In this document: piece by piece, positions 56,825-64,000 of the stretch
Position numbering within the stretch: the first letter of the stretch is position 1
Layout of the letters: every line of letters starts with the position of its first letter
From: an uncultured Gammaproteobacteria bacterium
GTDB taxonomy: Bacteria; Patescibacteriota; Microgenomatia; Levybacterales; GWA1-39-11
Direction of reading: 5' to 3'
Length of the DNA: 64,000 bases
Assembly: GCA_964472415.1 (NCBI GenBank)
Contig: CAYYLC010000002.1
Location: 164,783-228,782 of the forward strand
Notes under the pieces: model-generated
What the model was told of the DNA's origin: nothing
The model's database searches: none
What the model saw: the letters and a program-made list of their open reading frames with translations, nothing else
Made by a program: the position numbers and the translations under genes

Positions 56825-57313
56825 ATGAATCCAATAATATCACTCATTGCCGCAATCGGCGTAAATCGCGAGCTAGGCCGCAATAATAAGCTCCTTTTTG
56901 ATATTCCTGAAGATATGGTGCATTTCAAAGAAAAAACCTTAGGGCACGCAATTATTATGGGAAGAAAGACGTTTGAGAGTATTGGCCGTGCGCTTCCGAG
57001 GAGATTTAATATTGTGATTACGAGAGATAAAGGGTTTGCACATCACGGGGTGGAAACCGCTCCATCGGTGAAAGAGGCATTAAGAAAAGCGCAAAAACAT
57101 GAACAAGAAGAGATTTTCGTAATTGGTGGAGCACAAATTTATAGTGCCTTTTTATCGTATGCAGATAAACTATATTTAACTATTGTGGATGCAGAAGTAG
57201 CCGATGCAGATGCATTTTTCCCTGAATATGAAGATAAGTTTAAAAAAATACTTTCCTCAAAAGGTGGAGAAAGTGAGGGGTATAACTATACGTTTGTGGA
57301 GCTAGAACGCTAA
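56825..57313 (+). CDS. folA: Dihydrofolate reductase
   Basis: ISLIAAIGVNRELG ... MGRKTFESIG motifs. 162 aa. Confidence 0.85.
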   Translation: MNPIISLIAAIGVNRELGRNNKLLFDIPEDMVHFKEKTLGHAIIMGRKTFESIGRALPRRFNIVITRDKGFAHHGVETAPSVKEALRKAQKHEQEEIFVIGGAQIYSAFLSYADKLYLTIVDAEVADADAFFPEYEDKFKKILSSKGGESEGYNYTFVELER

Positions 57314-57669
57314 GCAATTTTCCTTTCCATGTCAGGAAAGCGAGTAAGGATTTCTTCAGCAAGCAGCCGCCGGTGACATTTTTCCGGGGTCTTCTCCCAG
57401 CAGAGTAATGTAACTGTTGTTTTATTCGATAAATCAGCGATCATGGTAAGTATTGCGTCTTGCTTGGGGAATAGTTCTTTGTGGAGTAGGTTTTCAAATT
57501 CTTCCCAGGAGACGGTATTTGCGTGGTAGCTCTCAAGGAGTTGCGTTGAGGGGGAGAGGAGTGGGATCCAGATATCAAACACAAATTCAGGTTTTATTCT
57601 TCGCATGGTGCAAATACGAATACCATCAGTTTGAAAAGCGCGTTTTTGTATTGATTTTGTTTTTAGCAT
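57310..57669 (-). CDS. Hypothetical protein, DUF488-like (tentative)
   Basis: 119 aa. The C-terminal ...LLCWEKTPEKCHRRLLAE resembles the DUF488 family. Assigned from memory only. Confidence 0.35.
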   Translation of the reverse strand: MLKTKSIQKRAFQTDGIRICTMRRIKPEFVFDIWIPLLSPSTQLLESYHANTVSWEEFENLLHKELFPKQDAILTMIADLSNKTTVTLLCWEKTPEKCHRRLLAEEILTRFPDMERKIA

Positions 57670-57670
57670 G

Positions 57671-59128
57671 TTACTCTATGATACCAAGTCTGCGTTTGAT
57701 GAGTGCACCATCGATGCCGATGAGTGCCGTATGAAGTGCCTTATCAATAGCTTGCTCTTTTTTTTGTAGCGATTCTATGGGGTGTCCATTGATTCCCGCG
57801 ACATAATTTCTTTCCAGAAAAATGGGGAGACAGAATCCGCTACTCATATCAAATATATCAGCATCTAGTCTATCGAGTGCTTCTTCGCGGTAACGCCGAA
57901 CACCTTCTTTCGTAGATAGTTCCATTAATCCTTCTTGAGTAAGCCAAATTGATGCGTCATTTGTACTTACAAGGGTATTTTCTGGGTCTTTTGGATCCAG
58001 TATGTAGGTTGCTGATCTGACAATATACGGCGCTGGTTTTTCTGTTTCTTCGCTGGTGATTAAAAGCTCGGTAAAATTATCTGAAATCTCAAGCAGTTTA
58101 TCTTCGGTAGTGGCTCCGTGGGGCTTCCCTCTGTTGAGAAAATCGTAGCGAAATGAATTTCGATTTCCATTTATGATAACGAGGTCAGTCCGAATATCGC
58201 CTGCTACGATAAGTGGAGAGAATTTGCCAATACCTTTTATTTGACGCGCTGTTGATTGTGCTTTTGATTCTGCTGCTTCCATTATATCGGAAGTTGATTC
58301 ATTTTCTTGAGCCTTTGAGAATGCGATGAATTCACTTTTTGTATTATCTGCTGCGATTTTGTGAATATATTCAGCCTTTCTCGTATTTCCTCCTGTGTAC
58401 ACAATATGTGTAGGAGTGGAAAAGAGCTCAATTTCTTGTGGCGTGATTTGTTTTTGGGCAGCAAAAACGAGCGCGCGGGTTTTCCCGCGTTTTGTCATGT
58501 CATTAAATGTAGTTGTTCCTTCCCACCCATTCGCTTCAAAAAATGGTCTGGAGCCTCCACTTGCGTGAGTTGTGATATGGCTCACGTTAAGATCTCTCGC
58601 ACGATTATCCAAAATTTGAAAAAGTTTTGAGCCGATCCCATTTCCTTGGGCGCTTGGGTCTACGTGTAGTCTTCGTAAATCAAGGTCGCCATACGCATTC
58701 CGACGAATTACTTGGTTATGTCTCGTAAGCAAGAATCCGACAATTTCATTTTGTACATTTTCTGCGACATATGCCTCAGTTCCTTCAGTTCCTATAGCAT
58801 GCTTAATATCTGCCTGACTATTTGCAGCGATGTATGCTTGTATGACATCTTTTGGAAATAGAGAAAATGAAGGACCTTCAAAATTCTTCCGCGCGAGATG
58901 AGAGATGTTTTCATAATCATGTTCGTCAACTCTTCGAATATCTATCTCTCCTTTCTGCAGAGCTTCAGGTGACGGTGTGTGATTATAAGGATATGATTCT
59001 GGTGACATAGTATTAAGGTGTAGGCTGTGTGACGGTAGTGTTGTGAATATAGTCATAAATTTTCCGTGCACTGAACGCAGCACTATGTGAGCTGGTAGGG
59101 ATTTCGAGCTGATAGATTTTTTCACCAT
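57671..59128 (-). CDS. Fusion protein: GNAT N-acetyltransferase domain + C-terminal Ham1/RdgB (ITPase)-like domain
   Basis: GNAT motif A (RRLHVDPSAQGNGIGSKLF). The C-terminal half starts HIVYTGGNTRKAEYI, then ...ENESTSDIMEAAESKA...AGDIRTDL...FRYDF...ATTEDKLLEI. These parallel the RdgB blocks VLATGNxGK, ETGxTFxENAxxKA, DDSGL and SARY...KLL. The true start is probably downstream of 59128 because the ORF overlaps the next gene. Confidence 0.45.
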   Translation of the reverse strand: MVKKSISSKSLPAHIVLRSVHGKFMTIFTTLPSHSLHLNTMSPESYPYNHTPSPEALQKGEIDIRRVDEHDYENISHLARKNFEGPSFSLFPKDVIQAYIAANSQADIKHAIGTEGTEAYVAENVQNEIVGFLLTRHNQVIRRNAYGDLDLRRLHVDPSAQGNGIGSKLFQILDNRARDLNVSHITTHASGGSRPFFEANGWEGTTTFNDMTKRGKTRALVFAAQKQITPQEIELFSTPTHIVYTGGNTRKAEYIHKIAADNTKSEFIAFSKAQENESTSDIMEAAESKAQSTARQIKGIGKFSPLIVAGDIRTDLVIINGNRNSFRYDFLNRGKPHGATTEDKLLEISDNFTELLITSEETEKPAPYIVRSATYILDPKDPENTLVSTNDASIWLTQEGLMELSTKEGVRRYREEALDRLDADIFDMSSGFCLPIFLERNYVAGINGHPIESLQKKEQAIDKALHTALIGIDGALIKRRLGIIE

Positions 59129-59816
59129 TTGGATAGGTGAAGTCAGAAGTATAGATATCTTTCATATGCAATTCAGGATAGATAGTGCTAAATGTCCTAT
59201 CCTCTCCGTGCTCTTTATTTTGAATTATGGACAGTGCTCGTGTGGTGTCGATGATAGGGTTGTTTGTGTGGAGCTTTTCGTACTCACGAGCATATCGGAT
59301 TTTATCATCTGCAACGAGAAGAATTGGATGAATATTGCAAGGGAGCGGGAGTTGTAATTTTTCTGCAGCAAGGGTAATTTTCATTGTTAGAAAGCCGAGA
59401 AGTTTTCCTTCAGGGATAAGAATTTTTCCTGCATTTTCCTGATTAATAATCATTTTTGCATTCTCTAAATCCAATTTCTGATCCACTCCTATTTGTCGTT
59501 GATAATGACCTCGTTCTTGTTTGCCTGTGGTTTCTCGTTGGTGCTGTCTGATAGTATCTCCCGCAGAGGAGAGCGCTACATCATATCCGTCTCGAATTGA
59601 GAGCCAATCTTGAAGAATGCCCTGGATAGTGCTTTTTCCCGTCGAGGACCTTCCGACAAGAGGGTAGACGTCAAATGAGTGTGGTTCGTATTCCTTTGCG
59701 CTTAGCGTTTCTTGCACTATGCGCTCAAATGGATCACGAATATCGTGTAGTCGCTCATGCATAATAATAGTATTATAGGATTTATGCTTTATAAAATCAA
59801 TCAGTGATTCTGCCAT
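59013..59816 (-). CDS. P-loop kinase-like protein (chloramphenicol-phosphotransferase/zeta-toxin-like AAA_33 fold, tentative)
   Basis: Walker A PLVGRSSTGKST. Walker-B-like ILLVADD. 267 aa. Confidence 0.4.
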   Translation of the reverse strand: MAESLIDFIKHKSYNTIIMHERLHDIRDPFERIVQETLSAKEYEPHSFDVYPLVGRSSTGKSTIQGILQDWLSIRDGYDVALSSAGDTIRQHQRETTGKQERGHYQRQIGVDQKLDLENAKMIINQENAGKILIPEGKLLGFLTMKITLAAEKLQLPLPCNIHPILLVADDKIRYAREYEKLHTNNPIIDTTRALSIIQNKEHGEDRTFSTIYPELHMKDIYTSDFTYPNGEKIYQLEIPTSSHSAAFSARKIYDYIHNTTVTQPTP

Positions 59817-59898
59817 TAGTTTGGTGATTAAAAGATTTATATAAGCCTATTGAACTATTTTCTTGCAATAATTTTCTGAGTCTGTTTAAATCATCAGT

Positions 59899-61287
59899 GT
59901 GAAAGAATTAGTTATCGATCTTCATTTACATTCACGTTTTTCACGCGCTGTTTCGCAAAAAATGAACCTCGCAAATATGTTTTTATGGGGCAGGATGAAG
60001 GGATTAGGGTTATTATCAGTGAGTGATTTCACGCATCCGATTTGGCTGCGTGAAGCAAAGGCGCAGCTGAAAGAGGTAAATAGCGGAATTTATACATTGA
60101 AAAACGAAAAAGAGCTTCTCACGCAACTTCCCAAAGCTACACAAAAGGAGGATTTATCTACATACTTTATGCTTTCAACAGAAGTTTCTAGTATTTATTC
60201 TGAGGGCGGGAAGGTGCGGAGGATCCACAACCTTATTTTTGCTCCTTCATTTGAAGTAGTAGATAAAATCAATGCAGCATTTCTTGCTCGAGGATTTAAT
60301 TTAAGCTCTGATGGTCGGCCAATTTTAGGAATCTCTGCACAAAACCTTATAGAAATGCTCCTTTCTATAGACAACAAGATAGTGCTCATTCCGTGTCATA
60401 TATGGACGCCGTGGTTTTCGATGTATGGGAGCAAGTCGGGATATGATCGGATTGAGGATTGTTTTGGGAAGTATGCAAGCAGAATATTTGCGATAGAAAC
60501 TGGTCTATCTTCAGATCCTTCTATGAATTGGCGGATAAATGAGCTGAAGAATCGGTCTGTAGTAAGTTTCTCAGACGCGCATTCTATGCAGAAAATGGGT
60601 CGTGAAGCAACCGTATTGACATCAGTTAGTGGGAAGGATATTCTTGAATCAAATATAACGTATGACAATATTATGAATGGACTTATTCAAGGACGAGAGA
60701 AGGTGTTTAAGATAGATTATACGATAGAATTTTATCCCGAAGAGGGTAAATATCACTATACTGGGCATAGAAACTGTAATGTTGTGCAGACTCCTCAAGA
60801 GACAAAGAAAAATGGTAGACAGTGTCCCGTATGTGGCAAAGATCTGACAGTTGGAGTGATGCATAGAATAGACGATCTTGCAAATACTCCGGAAGAAAAT
60901 TATGTAGGAAAGAAAAATGGGCATGGAGTTATCTGGATGTATGATAAAGACAAAAAACGCCCAGGATATGTAAACTTAGTACCACTTCTTGAAATATTAG
61001 CAGAAAGCCTTGGGGTTGGAGTGGGAACACAAACTGTTAATAATATGTTTCAGAGGCTTCTTACAGAGCTTGGAACAGAGCACGAGATTTTACTGCGTAC
61101 GAAACTCTCAGATATTGAGAGAGTTGGGGGAGCACGAGTTCGAGAAGGAGTTGAGAGAGTAAGGAGTAGGAATATTCATATCGTTCCTGGATATGATAAC
61201 ACCTATGGAATCGTGGAGATTTGGGATAAAGATGCTCGCCAAGGTACGCAGAAAAAAAATACCACACAGAGCACTCTAGATTTTTAA
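59899..61287 (+). CDS. PHP-domain nuclease with C4 zinc ribbon, endonuclease Q-like (TIGR00375-type)
   Basis: The N-terminus IDLHLHSRFSRAVS is the PHP metal-binding motif. Zinc ribbon CPVCGKDL... downstream. 462 aa. Confidence 0.5.
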   Translation: MKELVIDLHLHSRFSRAVSQKMNLANMFLWGRMKGLGLLSVSDFTHPIWLREAKAQLKEVNSGIYTLKNEKELLTQLPKATQKEDLSTYFMLSTEVSSIYSEGGKVRRIHNLIFAPSFEVVDKINAAFLARGFNLSSDGRPILGISAQNLIEMLLSIDNKIVLIPCHIWTPWFSMYGSKSGYDRIEDCFGKYASRIFAIETGLSSDPSMNWRINELKNRSVVSFSDAHSMQKMGREATVLTSVSGKDILESNITYDNIMNGLIQGREKVFKIDYTIEFYPEEGKYHYTGHRNCNVVQTPQETKKNGRQCPVCGKDLTVGVMHRIDDLANTPEENYVGKKNGHGVIWMYDKDKKRPGYVNLVPLLEILAESLGVGVGTQTVNNMFQRLLTELGTEHEILLRTKLSDIERVGGARVREGVERVRSRNIHIVPGYDNTYGIVEIWDKDARQGTQKKNTTQSTLDF

Positions 61288-61313
61288 TACGTTTTTTTTC
61301 GTATAATAAAGGA

Positions 61314-62024
61314 ATGACAAAGAAGTCGTGTACATGTATTATTCCTTTTTATAACGAAACATTCCAGCAGTTAAAGAGTATTATTGCAACCATTTCTTTA
61401 GTAGAAAATATAGAAAAGATAATTTGCGTTGATGATGGTTCTCAGAATGAAACTGTCTGGCTCGATTTGAGAAATGAGTATAAAGAAATTACGGTAATCA
61501 GATTGAGTGAAAATTCAGGAAAATCAGCGGCAATTCGTGCAGGATTACAGCACGTTCATACACCATATGTATTATTATTTGATTCTGATTTGCAGAATGT
61601 TAAAAAAATAGAGCTCGAATCTGCACTGTGCTATATATTAGAAAATCCGTTGATTGACATGTTGATCTTAAGGAGAATTTCTGACCCTTGGTTCGCAAAA
61701 ATTATAAGAGGAGAAATTTTAACATCGGGCGAGAGGATCTTAAAAACTCATGATCTTGTGCGAGTATATACAGAGAATAAGCCTGCAAAATATCAATTAG
61801 AATATGCAATCAATTTTTATTGTATGAAATACGGTAAGAAAGCGTATTGGTATCCTTGCTCTGGTCAGAACATTGTTAAAATCCGTAAGATCGGTTTTGT
61901 GCGAGGAGTAAAAAATGAAATTATGATGTATGTTGATATGTTGCGATACGCTGGGGTTGTAATGCCCTTAAAAAGTTTACTATTATTTTGTAGAGAAGAT
62001 ATACGTTCTGCAAGGACTATCTGA
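61314..62024 (+). CDS. GT2-family glycosyltransferase
   Basis: CIIPFYNE...CVDDGS N-terminal GT-A signature with a DxD-type motif (FDSDL). 236 aa. AT-rich. Confidence 0.7.
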   Translation: MTKKSCTCIIPFYNETFQQLKSIIATISLVENIEKIICVDDGSQNETVWLDLRNEYKEITVIRLSENSGKSAAIRAGLQHVHTPYVLLFDSDLQNVKKIELESALCYILENPLIDMLILRRISDPWFAKIIRGEILTSGERILKTHDLVRVYTENKPAKYQLEYAINFYCMKYGKKAYWYPCSGQNIVKIRKIGFVRGVKNEIMMYVDMLRYAGVVMPLKSLLLFCREDIRSARTI

Positions 62025-62739
62025 GGTTGTTCATTTTGAAGTTTTTGCTTTTCAGAATCGCAACTTTAATAAATGGTTTTACATAGTCGAGAAGTCCATT
62101 AGTCATACCGTCCTTGAACCTTCTACTCGAGGAGAGTACGGGGAGGTTTCTTACAAGTTTTATTTTCCCAAGTTTTCTTACTCTCCGGGCAAGGTCTACA
62201 TCATCGAGCGCATCTAAGTTTTTATCAATTTTTCCTGCTGCTATATAGGTTTCTTTCCGTATAGCGTAGGAAAATCCTGAAAGCCAATAATGTCCGAGTG
62301 CGATCCTGTGGCCTTCATTTGCAAGTAATAAGAAGAACTTAAAGATAGCTTTATCAATACGAGAGGGTTGATCGATATTGCAAAGAGAAGTGACTGCTAC
62401 AATTTCTTCGTTTTTGAAATAGTTCATGAATCGTTCTATCCAGTCTTCAGGAAGAATAGTATCAGCATCAGTTGAGAAAATTATCTTTCCATTTGCTTCT
62501 TCAAAACCGCGCCAACGTGCGACCCCTCTTCCTTGTTCCTTTTCGATAATTACTCTCAAATTGAGCTTGTCCTTGAAGGATTTTGCAATCTGATTTGTTT
62601 TATCAGTGGATTTGTTATCAATTACGACTACTTCAAATTTCGTATTCGTTTTTTGCCAGGCGAGAGACTCAAGACAAAGACCGATATAGTCCTCTTCATT
62701 GTATGCGGGAATAACAACTGATGCTTCGAGTTTGCCCAT
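62017..62739 (-). CDS. GT2-family glycosyltransferase
   Basis: VVIPAYNEEDYIGLCLESL...VVIDNKSTDKT plus STDADT (DxD). 240 aa. Confidence 0.75.
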   Translation of the reverse strand: MGKLEASVVIPAYNEEDYIGLCLESLAWQKTNTKFEVVVIDNKSTDKTNQIAKSFKDKLNLRVIIEKEQGRGVARWRGFEEANGKIIFSTDADTILPEDWIERFMNYFKNEEIVAVTSLCNIDQPSRIDKAIFKFFLLLANEGHRIALGHYWLSGFSYAIRKETYIAAGKIDKNLDALDDVDLARRVRKLGKIKLVRNLPVLSSSRRFKDGMTNGLLDYVKPFIKVAILKSKNFKMNNLR

Positions 62740-62767
62740 AGGTATCTAATAAATTATAGTATAGTGG

Positions 62768-63904
62768 TTACTTTTTATCCACCTTCGGATTTATGGAATA
62801 AAAAAGGTCTAGCGCATTTTTGAACGCTTGATCCATGTTGAAGTATTTATAGTTGGCAAGCCTTCCTACGAAATATACACCATTTTTTTCAAGAGCTTGT
62901 GCATCTTGTTGGTATTTTGAGAATATCTCACTATTTTTAGGGTTTGGAACAGGATAATAGGGTTCATTGATTTCTGGCTTATAATCTACTGAGAATTCTT
63001 TGGAAATAGTAGTTTTCGGATGTTTTTGGCCTGTAAAGTATTTATACTCGACAATCCGTGTAAAGTCTTCCTCGTTTGGGTAATTTATTACGGAATTTTG
63101 TTGGAAATATTCTTTGTCATGTGTTTCAAATTGGAATTTAAGCGACCTATATTCAAGATGAGCCTCTTTTGCATACTTATAATCAAAATACTTATCAATT
63201 GGACCCGTATAGAAAAGCTTATTCCATTCTAAAGTGTCTTTTACCGTAAAAAAATCAGTATTCAACCTTATCGTGATATTTGGATGAGAAAGCATTTTTT
63301 CAAAGAGTTTTGTATACCCGTTGATTGGTTGGCCTTGATGGATATCTGAAAAATATCTGTCATCAAAATTATTTCTTACTGGGATTCTATTGAGAACTTC
63401 AGCATCAAGTTCTTCTGGATATTTATCCCATTGCTTTTTTGTATAGTTCTTAAATATTTTCTCATAAAGTCTTTCACCTACTCGAGAGAGTGCCGCTTCG
63501 CGACCGTTTTTCGGGTTGCCATTTTTTATTTGATTTTTTTCTAGCCATTCATCCATTTCGCTTTCATTTTTTATATGCTCTCCTAAGAGCATGTTTACTG
63601 TTGTGATATTTACGGGGATGGGAACGAGTTTTCCGTCAATATTACCCAAGACTTTGTGTTCATACTTTGTAAAATCAGAGAATTTTTGAATGTATTCCCA
63701 CACATTATCGTAATTCGTGTGGAAGAGGTGGGCGCCGTATTTGCTCACTAAAATTCCATCTTCATTATGATAGTCATAGCAATTTCCTCCTACGTGATCT
63801 CTTTTTTCAATAATTAAGACTGTTTTATTGAGTTTATTTGCATACCTCTCAGCTATGGTCGCTCCCGAGATTCCTGCACCAACGATGACAATGTCGTATT
63901 TCAT
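62768..63904 (-). CDS. glf: UDP-galactopyranose mutase
   Basis: N-terminal FAD motif IVGAGISGATIAERYA. Conserved Glf core throughout. 378 aa. Confidence 0.85.
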   Translation of the reverse strand: MKYDIVIVGAGISGATIAERYANKLNKTVLIIEKRDHVGGNCYDYHNEDGILVSKYGAHLFHTNYDNVWEYIQKFSDFTKYEHKVLGNIDGKLVPIPVNITTVNMLLGEHIKNESEMDEWLEKNQIKNGNPKNGREAALSRVGERLYEKIFKNYTKKQWDKYPEELDAEVLNRIPVRNNFDDRYFSDIHQGQPINGYTKLFEKMLSHPNITIRLNTDFFTVKDTLEWNKLFYTGPIDKYFDYKYAKEAHLEYRSLKFQFETHDKEYFQQNSVINYPNEEDFTRIVEYKYFTGQKHPKTTISKEFSVDYKPEINEPYYPVPNPKNSEIFSKYQQDAQALEKNGVYFVGRLANYKYFNMDQAFKNALDLFYSINPKVDKK

Positions 63905-64000
63905 ATAACAAAGAATTCTATCAAATCAAAAAGCTATTTCCTATTTCTTCTGCGAAAGAAAAATATATAAACGGAAAAGATGATGCAGGCTGAAAGTAGA

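Noticed and set aside
1-64000. CRISPR array, rRNA or IS/transposon search
   Set aside because: No regularly spaced direct repeats and no terminal inverted repeats with a transposase-like ORF were seen. There are no long non-coding stretches with rRNA-like conserved blocks. Intergenic regions are short, mostly under 180 nt.

Overview
This 64 kb window reads as a largely syntenic core-genome segment from a low-GC bacterium with a small-genome gene repertoire. Several features are consistent with Patescibacteria/CPR: DUF2207 and DUF4012-like envelope proteins, a minimal peptidoglycan set, an orphan VirD4-like ATPase, and many stand-alone domains. Most starts lack a Shine-Dalgarno (SD) motif. The standard genetic code is in use, as TGA acts as a stop.

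Coding density is high. Recognisable genes include:
- the dnaG-rpoD operon (rpoD runs off the window start);
- a rpe-rpiB-PfkB kinase pentose operon;
- two class A penicillin-binding proteins (PBPs), plus murI and murD;
- gap and the rpmH-rnpA-yidC-jag cluster;
- valS, trpS, ftsH, recF, rnhA, and a stand-alone 5'-3' exonuclease;
- a tmk-dut-thyA-folA thymidylate cluster;
- an ATP-dependent DNA ligase, a Fic protein, and a galactofuranose (glf plus two GT2) glycan cluster.

Five tRNA genes were found by hand folding: Ser-CGA, Arg-GCG, Arg-CCG, Ser-GGA and Met-CAT. Four of them flank a tyrosine recombinase and the malic enzyme gene. No CRISPR array, rRNA, IS element or obvious prophage was seen.

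The most interesting non-coding signal is a roughly 240-nt leader between murD and trpS. It has a perfect TTGACA-17-TATACT promoter, a T-box-like AAGGTGGCACCGCC element and a strong intrinsic terminator, so it is a candidate tRNA-Trp T-box riboswitch. It is followed by a 79-aa ORF that carries the only strong SD in the window.

Candidate accessory or novel neighbourhoods:
- an AT-rich four-gene operon: HExxH/SH3b protein, Fic, unknown ORF, ATP-dependent ligase;
- a cluster around a GNAT-Ham1(ITPase)-like fusion, a CPT-like P-loop kinase and an EndoQ-like PHP nuclease, next to dut/thyA;
- an orphan VirD4/TraD-like coupling ATPase;
- paralogous HExxH proteins either side of recF.

All calls rest on motif-level reading of the translated ORFs and manual folding. 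No database searches were run.
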